Assembly (NCBI GenBank): GCA_965237415.1
Contig: CBDEFM010000002.1
Location: forward strand, 1,696,001 to 1,760,000
DNA from: Alphaproteobacteria bacterium
Lineage (GTDB): Bacteria; Pseudomonadota; Alphaproteobacteria; UBA828
Length of the DNA stretch: 64,000 bases
Reading direction: 5' to 3'
The notes under the pieces are model-generated. The model saw nothing but the letters and a program-made list of their open reading frames with translations, ran no database searches and was not told the origin of the DNA. Position numbers and translations under genes: made by a program. Positions 1 to 10,765 of the stretch are shown one piece after another; positions within the stretch are counted from its first letter, which is position 1, and the number at the start of each line of letters is the position of its first letter.

Positions 1-56
1 AAGCCGCGGCAGACCGCGGCGCGAATCTCGATCATGTCTGAAGCCATGGTCTGCAT
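1..56 (-). CDS. Partial CDS (5' end only), possibly a Zn-dependent alcohol dehydrogenase
   Basis: In-frame ATGs at 56/47/35 read MQTMASDMIEIRAAVCRG and run off the window edge; IRAAVC resembles MDR-family N-termini. Confidence 0.35.
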   Translation of the reverse strand, partial: MQTMASDMIEIRAAVCRG

Positions 57-179
57 CGTCTCCGAGGCTGAAGGGCCGGTCATCGCTCCCCGATTGTCCG
101 ACACTTCCATCGCCGGTGGAACGCTGCGCCGGATCGGAGTATCACTGCGGGCGCGGGCTGCAGCGCGGGAGCGAGGAGC

Positions 180-629
180 ATGAAACGCGTCCACATCAAC
201 ATCACGGTGACCGACCTCGACCGCTCAATCGGCTTCTACACGACCCTCTTCGGCACCGGGCCAACGGTGCTGAAGGAGGACTACGCGAAGTGGATGCTTG
301 AGGACCCCCGTCTCAACCTCTCGATCTCGACAGGCTGCGGCGCCGCCGGCGTGGACCATCTCGGCATCCAGACAGAGACGGCCGATGAGCTCGGCGCCCT
401 CGCCGGGCGGCTCAAGGCGGCGGGCGAGCGCCACGTCGATCAGGCGGATGCACACTGCTGCTATGCGCGCGGCGACAAGACCTGGGTCTTCGACCCGGAG
501 GGCGTTGCCTGGGAGACTTTCCACACCACCGGCGCCATCACCCGTTACGGTGAGGACCTTGGGCCTGAAACAGGCACGGGCAAGCCGGCCACGGATGAGC
601 GGATCGCCGCGTCTGCGCCCCAGTCCTGA
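180..629 (+). CDS. ArsI/CadI-family VOC (glyoxalase-like) metalloenzyme
   Basis: Motifs RVHINITV, DYAKWMLEDP, GVDHLGIQ, vicinal CCYA and WVFDPEGVAWETF; RBS GAGGAG upstream. Confidence 0.85.
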   Translation: MKRVHINITVTDLDRSIGFYTTLFGTGPTVLKEDYAKWMLEDPRLNLSISTGCGAAGVDHLGIQTETADELGALAGRLKAAGERHVDQADAHCCYARGDKTWVFDPEGVAWETFHTTGAITRYGEDLGPETGTGKPATDERIAASAPQS

Positions 630-662
630 ACACGCATCTTCGTATCTTCCAGGGAGTTCCCC

Positions 663-2066
663 ATGTCCCAGTCGAATCCGGCCTTTCTCACCGCGACCGA
701 AGCGGCCGAGGCGATACAGGCGGGGCGGCTCAGCCCTGTCGAGCTTATGGAAGCCTTGCTCACCCGGATCGACGCGTACGACGAGAGGCTGCACGCCTTC
801 GCCGCGGTCTACCGCGAGGACGCGCGGGCCCTCGCCGAGGCGGCGCACAAGGCGATCCGCGCTGGCCACGCGGTCGGCCCCTGGCACGGGGTACCGATCG
901 CGCTGAAGGACATCATCGACATCGAAGGCCGCGTCACCACGATCGGCAGCAAGCATTGGGAGAACCGCATCTCGCCCACGACGGCGACGCTCGCGCGCCG
1001 GCTGATCGAGGCCGGGATGATCGTCATCGGCAAGGCCAACACCGTGGAATTCGCTATGGGCGGCTGGGGCACCAACCAGCACATGGGGACGCCGCGCAAC
1101 CCGTGGGATGCCGAGGTGCACCGTGCCCCCGGCGGCTCGAGCAGCGGCTCCGGCGTCTCCGTCGCCGCGCGCCTCGTACCGTGGGCGATCGGCACCGATA
1201 CCGGCGGCTCCGTGCGCATTCCGTCCGCCTGGTGCGGTCTGGCCGGCCTCAAGGTGACGATCGGGCAGGTCAGCGCTGCCGGCGTGGCGCCGCTCTCGCA
1301 CACGCTCGACACGCCCGGCCCCATGACGCGCTCGGTGGAAGACACCGCACACCTCTATACGGTGCTGCAGGGCCCCGACCCGGCCGATCCCTCGACGCGG
1401 CGCCATGTGCCCGCCGACCCGTTGCCGACGCTGCGCCGGGGCGTCGCCGGGCTTCGCTTAGGAATCCTGACCGACTCCGAGCGTCGCGGCGTGGATGGCG
1501 ACGTGCTTGCGGCCTACGACGCGGCCGCAGAGGTGCTGACCCGGGCCGGCGCGCATGTGGAGACCCTGGCGCTGCCGCGCTCTGCCGCCGCGTACGGCAC
1601 CGACGTGGGCCGGTTGATCGGCACGGAAGGCTACTTCCACGTGGGCGCGCTGGCGGACGATGAGTCGCTCCCCATCGACGAAGACGTACGCCCCCGCATC
1701 TGGCTGGGTCGGGGCGTCTCGGCGGCCGACTACCTCGCCCTGCTGCGCAGCCGCGAGGACGACAAGCGGGCGGCGATGGCGGCGATGGAGGGCTTCGACG
1801 CCCTGCTCACGCCGGGCACGCTGACTGCGGCGCCGGCCGTGGACGCGATCGACCAGAACAAGACGCCCGCCCACTTCACGCGCCTCGCCAACTGGCTGGA
1901 GTGGTGCGCCCTGGTGGTGCCCAACGGCGCGACCGAGGGCGGGCTGCCAACGTCGCTGCACATCATCTGCCGAGAACGCGACGAGGCGATGGCGCTCCGC
2001 ATCGGCTGGGCCTACGAGCAGGCCACCGACTGGCACCAGCGCGTGCCCCCTGGCTTGGAGGCGTAG
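663..2066 (+). CDS. Amidase signature family protein
   Basis: GVPIALKD, GGSSSGSG and IGTDTGGSVRIPS (Lys-cisSer-Ser triad). Confidence 0.93.
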   Translation: MSQSNPAFLTATEAAEAIQAGRLSPVELMEALLTRIDAYDERLHAFAAVYREDARALAEAAHKAIRAGHAVGPWHGVPIALKDIIDIEGRVTTIGSKHWENRISPTTATLARRLIEAGMIVIGKANTVEFAMGGWGTNQHMGTPRNPWDAEVHRAPGGSSSGSGVSVAARLVPWAIGTDTGGSVRIPSAWCGLAGLKVTIGQVSAAGVAPLSHTLDTPGPMTRSVEDTAHLYTVLQGPDPADPSTRRHVPADPLPTLRRGVAGLRLGILTDSERRGVDGDVLAAYDAAAEVLTRAGAHVETLALPRSAAAYGTDVGRLIGTEGYFHVGALADDESLPIDEDVRPRIWLGRGVSAADYLALLRSREDDKRAAMAAMEGFDALLTPGTLTAAPAVDAIDQNKTPAHFTRLANWLEWCALVVPNGATEGGLPTSLHIICRERDEAMALRIGWAYEQATDWHQRVPPGLEA

Positions 2067-2118
2067 CCTCCCCGCTCCGCCCCTCTCTGTGCGGAGTTAC
2101 GTGCGATAGCGTGTGTAC

Positions 2119-3264
2119 CTACAGGCGAAGGCCCGCTTGCCGCATCAGCGGCATCACCTTCTCGCCGAAGTATTTCAGCTCCTCGTAGTAGTCGAGCCAC
2201 GAGAGGATGAAGCCCTCGATGCCGATGTCGGCGATGGCCACCATCTTCTCCACCACCTGCTCCGGCGTGCCGACCAGGGGGTAGCCGCCCCAACCGGCAA
2301 TAAAGCGCTCGCCCATGGCCCGAATCTCCTCTTTGTTCGAGCCATAGGAATAGTTCTCGCCCAGCATGAGCTCGATGATCGTGTTCGTGGCACCCCAATC
2401 GCCCTCGTCCACGATGCGCTGGTAGAGCGCCTTGGCCTCCTCTTCGGTATCGCGGCAGCACACGAGGCCGTAGCTCATGACACCGCAGCGGCGCCCGTGC
2501 TTCGCGGCACGCGCGTGAATGTCCTTCACGATCTTTTCCGCCTTCTCCATCGTCGTGATCGAGAGGAAGTTGAAGTCGGCGAGCTTGGCGGAGAACTCAC
2601 GGCCGGCCGGCGACGAGCCCGCGTTGATGACGACCGGATGGGGCCGCTGGATCGGCTTCGGTGCCAAAAAACCCTGGTTGACCTTGTAGTACGTGCCCTG
2701 ATGGTCGAAGTCGTCCTCGGCCCAGAGCCGCTTCACGATGGAGAGCCATTCGTCGGCCATGACATAGCGCTCGTCATGGTCGAGCTGGTCCATGCCGAAC
2801 ATCTCGATCTCCGGCTTGAACCAGCCGCAGACGACATTGAGACCGAATCGCCCGCTGGAAATGTTGTCGATGGTCGCGGCCTGCTTTGCGGCGAAAATGG
2901 GATGCACCGTCGGCACGTGCGAGGTCGCGAAGACCATGATGTCCTTCGTGTGGCAGGCCATCGCAGCGGCCCAGGTGTAGACCTCCAGGTTATTTCCGTT
3001 GAACTGGGTCGATCCGCCGAAATGGCGCCAACGTCCGACGGGCACCAGCAGCTCGAAGCCGAGCCTGTCAGCAAGCTGGCTGATCTTCACACTATGCTCG
3101 TAAGTCGGCTCGAAGGTCGTTTCCGCATGCGTGATCGTGCAGCCGTTGGAGCAGTTCTGCCCGAACACGCCGAGCTTGAAGCGGTTGTCGTTGAAGACCG
3201 GCACGTTGCGTGCGCGCCAGTCGGCTGCGTCGTCAGGATGCATTGTCGCCCCTTCGGTGGACAT
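2119..3264 (-). CDS. LLM-class (luciferase-like) flavin-dependent monooxygenase
   Basis: FKLGVFGQNCSNG, AAKQAATIDNISSGRFGLNVVCGW, NAGSSPAGREF. Confidence 0.9.
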   Translation of the reverse strand: MSTEGATMHPDDAADWRARNVPVFNDNRFKLGVFGQNCSNGCTITHAETTFEPTYEHSVKISQLADRLGFELLVPVGRWRHFGGSTQFNGNNLEVYTWAAAMACHTKDIMVFATSHVPTVHPIFAAKQAATIDNISSGRFGLNVVCGWFKPEIEMFGMDQLDHDERYVMADEWLSIVKRLWAEDDFDHQGTYYKVNQGFLAPKPIQRPHPVVINAGSSPAGREFSAKLADFNFLSITTMEKAEKIVKDIHARAAKHGRRCGVMSYGLVCCRDTEEEAKALYQRIVDEGDWGATNTIIELMLGENYSYGSNKEEIRAMGERFIAGWGGYPLVGTPEQVVEKMVAIADIGIEGFILSWLDYYEELKYFGEKVMPLMRQAGLRL

Positions 3265-3407
3265 GGTCGCGTACCTCTAAGCATGCTGGGAAATGTGTCA
3301 ACGGCGACGGAATCGTATGCGAGCGGGGCGGCACTTGGTCGACACCGGTTGTCAGCGCCCACGCGCTCTCCTAGTCTCCGCGCCAATCAAGCCGAGAGGA
3401 GGTCGCG

Positions 3408-4313
3408 ATGGCCAAGAAGGAAATCTTCGTGGGGATCGGCGTGGACGTCGATTCGGTGGCGGGGCAGATCGGCTCCTATGCCGGCGGCGATTCGCCGAGC
3501 GACATTTCACGGGGCGTGTTCGCCTCCGAAGTCGGGACCCCCCGCATGCTCAAGCTCTTCGACCGGGTGGGCATCCAGACCAGCTGGTTCATCCCCGGCC
3601 ACTCGATCGAGACCTTCCCCAAGGAGATGAAGGCGGTCGCGGCGGCGGGGCACGAGATCGGGCTGCACGGCTACACGCACGAGAACCCGATCGCGATGAC
3701 GCCCGAGCAGGAGGCGGACGTCCTCGACAAGACCCTGGAGCTGGTTACCAAGCTCTACGGCAAGGCGCCCACGGGCTATGTCGCGCCGTGGTGGGAGATG
3801 AGCGCCTACACGCCCCAGCTCCTGATGGAGCGCGGCATCAAGTACGACCACAGCCAGATGCACAACGACTTCGAGCCCTATTGGATGCGGATCAACGAGG
3901 AGTGGACGTTGATCGACTATTCCAATCCGGCGAAGACGTGGATGAAGCCGATGAAGAAGGGCTCCACCTTCCCCATCGTGCAGATTCCGGGCAGCTGGTA
4001 CCTCGACGACCTGCCACCGATGATGTTCATGAAGAAGGTGCCGAACTCCGGCGGCTGGACCAACCCGCGCGACATCGAGGATTGGTGGCGCGATCAGTTC
4101 GACTGGGTCTATCGGGAGATGGACTACGCGGTCTACACGCTCACCATCCACCCCGACATCTCAGGCCGGCCGCAGACGCTGCTCATGTTGGAGCGGATCA
4201 TCGCCCACATCAGCGCCCACGAAGGGGTGATCTGGGCGACCTTCGACGAGATCGCCGACGACTTCATCAAGCGCCGGCCATTCAAGGGCAAGAGGCAAAC
4301 CAAGAAGAAGTAA
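3408..4313 (+). CDS. Polysaccharide deacetylase family (HpPgdA/PuuE-like cyclic amidohydrolase)
   Basis: [41 protein letters not shown]. Confidence 0.9.
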   Translation: MAKKEIFVGIGVDVDSVAGQIGSYAGGDSPSDISRGVFASEVGTPRMLKLFDRVGIQTSWFIPGHSIETFPKEMKAVAAAGHEIGLHGYTHENPIAMTPEQEADVLDKTLELVTKLYGKAPTGYVAPWWEMSAYTPQLLMERGIKYDHSQMHNDFEPYWMRINEEWTLIDYSNPAKTWMKPMKKGSTFPIVQIPGSWYLDDLPPMMFMKKVPNSGGWTNPRDIEDWWRDQFDWVYREMDYAVYTLTIHPDISGRPQTLLMLERIIAHISAHEGVIWATFDEIADDFIKRRPFKGKRQTKKK

Positions 4314-4328
4314 AGCCGCAGGCCCGCG

Positions 4329-4691
4329 ATGTGCGCGCTCTGCGGCGTGCTCACCGACGGCCCGCATTGGACTGAGGCAGGCACCGATGCGGGCCGGAGC
4401 ACCGCGGCGCCGACCGGCCGGGATCGCCACCTGGAGCGCACGCGCCGCCTCGCGCTGCTCAACCGCGTGCTCGCGGCTTACGGTTGCACCGCCGACGACT
4501 GGGCGGGCGCGCATTACATGGTGCACCGCCGGAGCGGCGGCGCGACCGAGTTGGCGACCGACCTGCCCGGGCTCTGGGTCGCGGTCGAAGGGCTGGTCGG
4601 GCGCGCGCCGGACCCGCTCGACCCCGCCCTGGTCGCGCAGCTGGAGAGCATGCCGCCAGCTAGGCCCAAGCCGCCCCGGCGGCAGGCGTAA
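4329..4691 (+). CDS. Small protein with N-terminal CxxCG motif
   Basis: Starts MCALCGVL..HW; fills the gap between deacetylase and CobW genes with 15 and 5 bp spacing. Confidence 0.7.
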   Translation: MCALCGVLTDGPHWTEAGTDAGRSTAAPTGRDRHLERTRRLALLNRVLAAYGCTADDWAGAHYMVHRRSGGATELATDLPGLWVAVEGLVGRAPDPLDPALVAQLESMPPARPKPPRRQA

Positions 4692-4696
4692 GGCCG

Positions 4697-5740
4697 ATGG
4701 TCGACTACGCTCGGCTCACCCCCGTCATCGTCGTCACCGGGTTCCTCGGCAGCGGCAAGACGACGCTGCTCAACCACATGCTGCGCCACCCCTCCCTGGC
4801 CGATGCCGCGGTGCTGGTCAACGAGTTCGGCGCCGTCGGCCTTGACCACTTTCTGGTCGAAGCGATGGACGAAAACACGGTGCTGCTGGAGAGCGGCTGC
4901 CTCTGCTGCACCATTCGCGGCGACCTCAAGGATTCGATCATCGCTCTCAACAGCCGGCGCGCCCGGGGCGAGATCCCGCCTTACCGGCGGCTGATCGTCG
5001 AGACCACGGGGCTCGCGGACCCGGCGCCGATCCTCTTCACCCTCAGCGCGGACACGGTGCTGAAGCACCACTACCGCTTGGGCTCGGTGATCACGACGGT
5101 GGACGGCGTGAACGGGCTCAGGCAATTCGACCGCCACCCGGAGTCGGTCAAGCAGGCGACGGTCGCCGACAGGATCGTGCTGACCAAGTCCGACATCGCC
5201 GACGCCGACACCCTCGCCCGGCTCCGCGCCCGGCTGACGCGGATCAACCGCTCGGCTGACCAGATCACCGCGGTGAACGGCAAGGTGGACGTGCCGCGCG
5301 TGCTGCGCGCCGATGTCTACGACGCCCGCACCAAGGGGGCCGAGGTGCGCCGCTGGCTCGCGGACGAGGCCGAGAAAGAGGCAGACGACGGCCACGCCCA
5401 CGGGCACGACGTCTCGCGGCACGACGAGCACATCCACTCCTTCACCCTCAGCTTCGACGGCGCGCTCGACTGGACCGCCTTCGGCATCTGGCTGACCATG
5501 CTGCTCCACACCCACGGGGAAAAGGTGCTGCGCGTGAAGGGCATTCTCAACGTCGCCGGCACGCACGCGCCGGTGGTGGTCAACGGCGTGCAGCACGTCG
5601 TCCACCCGCCGATCCATCTCGCCGCCTGGCCAAGCGACGACCGCCGCTCGCACATCGTCTTCATCGTCGACGACCTGCCGCGCGAGGCCATCGAGCGCTC
5701 GCTCGCCGCCTTCAACAGCATCGCCACCGAAGCGGCTTGA
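4697..5740 (+). CDS. CobW/COG0523-family GTPase metallochaperone
   Basis: GFLGSGKTT, NEFG, GCLCCT, ETTGLADP, His-rich linker, LRVKG. Confidence 0.93.
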   Translation: MVDYARLTPVIVVTGFLGSGKTTLLNHMLRHPSLADAAVLVNEFGAVGLDHFLVEAMDENTVLLESGCLCCTIRGDLKDSIIALNSRRARGEIPPYRRLIVETTGLADPAPILFTLSADTVLKHHYRLGSVITTVDGVNGLRQFDRHPESVKQATVADRIVLTKSDIADADTLARLRARLTRINRSADQITAVNGKVDVPRVLRADVYDARTKGAEVRRWLADEAEKEADDGHAHGHDVSRHDEHIHSFTLSFDGALDWTAFGIWLTMLLHTHGEKVLRVKGILNVAGTHAPVVVNGVQHVVHPPIHLAAWPSDDRRSHIVFIVDDLPREAIERSLAAFNSIATEAA

Positions 5741-5750
5741 GTAGATCCTT

Positions 5751-6695
5751 ATGCCCGACAAGATTGCCATCGTCGGCACCGGCCTGGTCGGCAGCGCCTG
5801 GGCGATCGTCTTCGCCCGTGCCGGCCACCGGGTCGCGCTCTACGACGGGACGGAAGGCCAGTGCGAGGCCGCGATCGCGCGCATCGAAACCAACCTCGCG
5901 GCGCTCGAAGGCCACGGGCTGATCGACGACCCAAACGCCGCACGGGCGCGTATTTCCATTTCAGCCGGCCTCGCCGATGCGCTGGATGGCGCGGCCTACA
6001 CACAGGAGAGCGTGTTCGAGCGTGCCGACGTGAAGCGCGAGGTCTACGAGCAGATCGACCACATTGCGGGCCCCGAGCTGATCGTGGCGTCCTCCTCCTC
6101 CGGCATTCCCGCCTCCACCGTCACGGAAGGCCTCGGCATCGGCCCGCGCTGCCTGATCGCCCATCCCATCAATCCGCCTTACGTCATCCCCCTGGTCGAG
6201 ATCGTGCCGGCGCCTTGGACCGAGGAGGAGGCGGTCTCACGCTGCTGGGCGCTGATGGAGGCCGCCGGCATGGAGCCGGTCAGACTCACGCGGGAGATCG
6301 ACGGCTTCATCGCCAACCGGTTGCAGGCGGCGTTGCTCTGGGAGGCCTTCCGCCTTCTCGAAGGCGGTTACGCCACGGCGAAGGACATCGACACGGCAAT
6401 CTCGGCCGGCCTCGGCCGCCGCTGGTCTTTCATCGGGCCGTTCGAGACCATCGACCTGAACGCGCCGGGCGGCCTCGCCGACTTCTGCGCCCGCCTGGGC
6501 GAAGGCTTCTACGAGTTCATCAAGCAGAGCGAGCCCGCCCAGCCCTGGTCGGACGCAGTCGTGGCCAAAGCGCACGAGGAGCGCCGCGGGCGGCTGCCGA
6601 TGGCGGAACACGGCGACCGTCAGGCGTGGCGGGACCGGCGCCTCATGGGCCTCGCCGCGCACCTCCGCGACGCAACGCGAGACATCGGAGACTAA
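5751..6695 (+). CDS. 3-hydroxyacyl-CoA dehydrogenase family (lambda-crystallin-like)
   Basis: GTGLVGSAWA, QESVFE, ASSSSG, AHPINPP, GFIANRLQ. Confidence 0.88.
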   Translation: MPDKIAIVGTGLVGSAWAIVFARAGHRVALYDGTEGQCEAAIARIETNLAALEGHGLIDDPNAARARISISAGLADALDGAAYTQESVFERADVKREVYEQIDHIAGPELIVASSSSGIPASTVTEGLGIGPRCLIAHPINPPYVIPLVEIVPAPWTEEEAVSRCWALMEAAGMEPVRLTREIDGFIANRLQAALLWEAFRLLEGGYATAKDIDTAISAGLGRRWSFIGPFETIDLNAPGGLADFCARLGEGFYEFIKQSEPAQPWSDAVVAKAHEERRGRLPMAEHGDRQAWRDRRLMGLAAHLRDATRDIGD

Positions 6696-6720
6696 GCCGG
6701 GCGCTCCCGCCCACCGACAC

Positions 6721-7566
6721 TTAGTAGCGATAGCCCGTTAGCGTCTCGCTCAGCTCCCACAAGCGCTGAGCGGTGTCCTCGTCGCGGGACGCGAGCGAGC
6801 TCGTGGCCTCACAGCTCTTGTCGAAATAGCGGCCAGAGACTCCTTCGACATCGGCGCTGGTCGCGACATGGACGCTGGTGCGCGCGCCGGCCTCCACGTC
6901 GATCGCGGAAAGCCGCATCAAGGCCTTCAGAAACGTGGCGAAGAGCCAACCGTTGTTCTGACCGAACCTGCTGGCGACGAAGCCGGGGTGCAGGCAGTTG
7001 GCCGTGACCGGCGTCCCCTCCAGCATTGCCGCGAGGCGATAGGTGAAGAGGATGTTCGCGAGCTTGCTCTGACTGTACGCGCGCCAACCGCGGTAGCGCC
7101 TCGTGCGCTGCGGGTCCTCCAGGTCCATCCGCCCGCTGCGATGGGCCTCGGAGGCGACGTTGACGATGCGGCCTGCGCCGCTCGCCTTCAGGCTCTCCAG
7201 CAACAGCCCGGTCAGCAGAAAGTAGCCCAGGTGGTTGAGGGCGAAGGTCATCTCGATTCCATCTGCGCTCTCGCGCCGGCGGGTGAATATGCCACCGACG
7301 TTGTTGACCAGCACGTCAATGGCCGTGCCGCCGGCGGTGAGGCGCTCCGCCAGCGCCCTGATCTCGGCCTGGCTGGACAGGTCAGCCTGCTCGAAGCGCA
7401 CGCGGTTGTTGCGCGACGAGCGGTGGATCGCCTTGCAGACCTCCGCACCCTTGGCCGCGTTGCGCCCGACGAGGACGACGTCAGCGCCCCGCTCGGCCAG
7501 TGCTCGCGCCGTGACGCGGCCGATCCCGTCCGTCGCGCCGGTGACGACGCAGAGCTTGCCTTCCAT
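6721..7566 (-). CDS. SDR oxidoreductase (retinol dehydrogenase-like)
   Basis: TGATDGIG, FALNHLG, YSQSK, NCLHPG. Confidence 0.9.
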   Translation of the reverse strand: MEGKLCVVTGATDGIGRVTARALAERGADVVLVGRNAAKGAEVCKAIHRSSRNNRVRFEQADLSSQAEIRALAERLTAGGTAIDVLVNNVGGIFTRRRESADGIEMTFALNHLGYFLLTGLLLESLKASGAGRIVNVASEAHRSGRMDLEDPQRTRRYRGWRAYSQSKLANILFTYRLAAMLEGTPVTANCLHPGFVASRFGQNNGWLFATFLKALMRLSAIDVEAGARTSVHVATSADVEGVSGRYFDKSCEATSSLASRDEDTAQRLWELSETLTGYRY

Positions 7567-8275
7567 CGCTCGTCTCCCCCTCCACCGTCCCTGCCGTTTT
7601 CCCTAGCTTGGCAGCCGGAGGTGGCGGGTCAAGCCGCGCACGCGTCTTCGGGAGCGTTCACCTACCTTGCGTCGCCGTGGTCATCTCCGCCACCATCGGC
7701 CTCGCGCCACGGGCTCCACCACCGGCCTCGCGTCGCCGTCATTGTTGAGGGCGTTGGGGTGTGGCCGCGGCATCGTCCCATGCGGACGCACAGGCATCGG
7801 CAGAAGGAAGGCTCGAGATGGTCCGTTACGGAAAACGCGTCTGGATTTTGTATCAAGTGTCAATGGCGATGGGATCGTAGCAGGGTATGGAGTCGGCTAG
7901 CGATAACGCCTTAGGCGTGGTGAGTGGGCGAGGGATTTTTTGACCGCACTTTCTCGCGGCTCACCCATTGCCTCAGCGTCTGATCGCGGAGAAACGGTCG
8001 CTGCTACAAAACGCTCGCCGGTAATGTAATCGCGATCACACAGCTCCGTATTCCGCAATTGCCTCGACATGGCGTTGAACGAATCGCCTAATGATGCTGG
8101 TCCACTGACCAGATGAAGCATTAGAAATTCCTATACGGACAGGCGCTCGGGATATATCAAAGTCGATGTCATTCCCGATATTGAGTATGCGCCACTTGAT
8201 ATGCCACAATATATGTCTCAGCAGGACCACACGGAAACATTTTACATTTGGATCACAAAAGTATACCACACTGAT

Positions 8276-9196
8276 ATGAGCAGCCGAGGGCCATATCGGA
8301 TACCGCCGACGAGCGTCTTGGTCGCCTTCGAGAGTGCCGCTCGGCACGGCAACTTCTCTCGAGCCGCTCGTGAGCTGCGCACGTCGCAATCCGCCATTAG
8401 CCGCCACATTGCCAGCCTCGAGAGGCAACTTTCGACACGACTGTTCGAACGGTCCCGGACCGGGGTGAGCCTGACCGACGCTGGAAACCGCTACCGTGAT
8501 GCCGTCGCCATCGGGCTCGGTGCCATCCATGCGGGTGCCGCGGAGGTCGCCGAACTATCGACTGAAGAACAGGTGGAGGTGGTGATCGCTTGCTCGGACG
8601 AAGCATCGCACCTCTTCTTGATGCCGCGATACGGTGCGCTCCAGAAAGCGCTCGGCGACCGGGTCCAGATACGCGTGCTGACCTATCAACACGACATACA
8701 GTATTTGCCCCCGCTTCCGCGTGCCGATGTCATCCTGAGCTGGGACTCTGAGCAGGCCGCCTCCGACGACCGCGTGGTTGTTATCGAGGAAGAGGTGAGG
8801 CCGCTTTGCTCGCCAGGCTATGCCGCCTTGCATGCCGACGTGTTGAACGGACCCGTGACAGGCTGGGGCGGGCTGACATTTCTCGGTGTCTCGCGGCCCA
8901 ATGAAGGCTGGTCGTCGTGGGAGGATTGGTTCGATGTTGTCGGACATCCGGTCCCCGCCCCCCGGCAATCGAGCTACGACAGCTATACATATGTGCTGGA
9001 ATCGGCCGCCGCAGGACACGGTATTGCCATAGGCTGGCGTCACTTCATAGAGCGCTATCTTGAGTCCGGGGCGCTGGTCGCTCTCACCGACGGGTTTCTG
9101 AAGACCGAGAATTGCTTATACGCCGTTGTCACCGAGAAAGGGCGACAAAGGTCCATCGCACGCAAATGCCTAACCATCTTCGAACGATTTGTGTAG
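8276..9196 (+). CDS. LysR-family transcriptional regulator
   Basis: HTH region FESAARHGNFSRAARELRTSQSAISRHIASLE..LFER; start could be 8201 or 8276. Confidence 0.9.
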   Translation: MSSRGPYRIPPTSVLVAFESAARHGNFSRAARELRTSQSAISRHIASLERQLSTRLFERSRTGVSLTDAGNRYRDAVAIGLGAIHAGAAEVAELSTEEQVEVVIACSDEASHLFLMPRYGALQKALGDRVQIRVLTYQHDIQYLPPLPRADVILSWDSEQAASDDRVVVIEEEVRPLCSPGYAALHADVLNGPVTGWGGLTFLGVSRPNEGWSSWEDWFDVVGHPVPAPRQSSYDSYTYVLESAAAGHGIAIGWRHFIERYLESGALVALTDGFLKTENCLYAVVTEKGRQRSIARKCLTIFERFV

Positions 9197-10172
9197 CGCA
9201 CCGGATATTGCGCAGGCAACGGCCCGTCGATCATCTCAAGCTGGAGCGATCTTCTAGGACTACAAGAGAGTATTTGTGACGTTCAATATTCCATTCACGG
9301 CGACGACGCGTGGCTTCAGACGCCAAGCAATCGAAAATTCAAGCGCAAATAGGCGACGTTGATGTTCGGCACGCGTATGGATGTCGAGCTTTTGGGTAAA
9401 CCGGTTATCATGAACAAGCAGACGCGGTGGACAATGGACCGCATCTTCTGAAGAGTGTCAGAAAAGTCGCGCAACCCCTTTGGTGACGTGCGATTCCCAG
9501 AGGAGGTTGGAGGCAAGGTAACGGTGCAGCCGGCAATCAGCATCGCCGCTACTGCAGAGACGCTCATTTTCGAAGCCGTGTTGCGTTTGGGCTAGAATGC
9601 TCCGGCGAACGGAGGGCAATGAGGACGGGAAGAAATTCAGCCGGTCCATATATGAGCTGCGTTGGAGGTTGAGGAACGACTCGCTCGCCCAGGACCTGAT
9701 GAAGGTCGCCCCCAGCATTGCGCCGGATGCGATTAGCGCCGCCGGTGAAAGGCTCTTAATGCCGAACTGGCACTCAATGGCAAAACGCGATGGAATGTCC
9801 CAGTGGCACTTAACCAGTCGGTGCACGTCGGAGAAAAAGGGACAACGCTGCCCGCAGGACCGGCAGGAGGGGCGCCGCGGCAATCAAGAGGGCCGGTCTC
9901 GGAATCGCCGAACAAAGCCGACCGGAAGGCATTCTCGCGAACGGTATGCGCCACCATCGGCGTGCCGAGCGGATGCGAGCTCTTGCGGATATTCCAGAAC
10001 GCGTACCCGTGTATGGGGCTGACCGCTGCACGCGCGTCGTCCGCGACGAAGCGAATTGCTTGCCGCGCACCCGACGCGATCGCCGGGCAGGACAGTCATC
10101 GTCAAAATGCCGGAGCCGAGGACGCCCGCTCCGGTCAGCGCAGGGCGGACGTGCCTCCCCGTAGCGCTCCGC

Positions 10173-10598
10173 TCAGCTCGGGGAAGCGCCGTGAATGCGG
10201 CCGAGCAACGGACTCTGATGCCAACAGACCTGAAGCCACTTGCCGTCGCTGTGGTACCAGGTTTGAGTGAAGCCCATGAACCGCTGCCTGAAGCCCGCGT
10301 CGCGTGGCTTGCCGCGAAAGGTCGAGAAGCCGCTGACATGGCCGGTGGTTCCCCAGACCCTGAAATTCAGCTCGCGCGGGATCCACTTGAAGTGCTCCCA
10401 CAGGCCGTCGCCGCCGGCGTGGAAGTCGATATGGTCCACGAACTCTTCTTTGGTCATCCGCCAGGGATAGTCCTCGTCCAGAATCTCGGCGCCGTCGTCG
10501 ATCGCGCTCCAGAAGGCATCGAGATCGCCTTCGTTGAGCCCGCGCGCCCATGCGTGAAAGGCAGCCTCCAACCCCGCCGCCGTGGCGTCCTGCGTCAT
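10173..10598 (-). CDS. NTF2/SnoaL-like fold protein
   Basis: N-terminal LNEGDLDA helix, C-terminal GKWLQVCWHQS; strong RBS GGAGGAG. Confidence 0.75.
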   Translation of the reverse strand: MTQDATAAGLEAAFHAWARGLNEGDLDAFWSAIDDGAEILDEDYPWRMTKEEFVDHIDFHAGGDGLWEHFKWIPRELNFRVWGTTGHVSGFSTFRGKPRDAGFRQRFMGFTQTWYHSDGKWLQVCWHQSPLLGRIHGASPS

Positions 10599-10765
10599 CG
10601 CTCTCCTCCTCCGGCCGTATGGCGTCACTGCCAGCGCACCTCACCATATCCGCGGCTGAAACGCCATTGCCGCCGCCATCCACTATTCGTTTCCGGCCCG
10701 CCCCCGACGCACGCGTGTACACGCCGAAGGCGGGGCGTCGGGGAGCTCGGCAACGCGGAAGCACA

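Noticed and set aside
7897-8121. Glutathione S-transferase remnant (DRDYITGERF)
   Set aside because: The similarity covers only about 10 residues and cannot be supported without a search.
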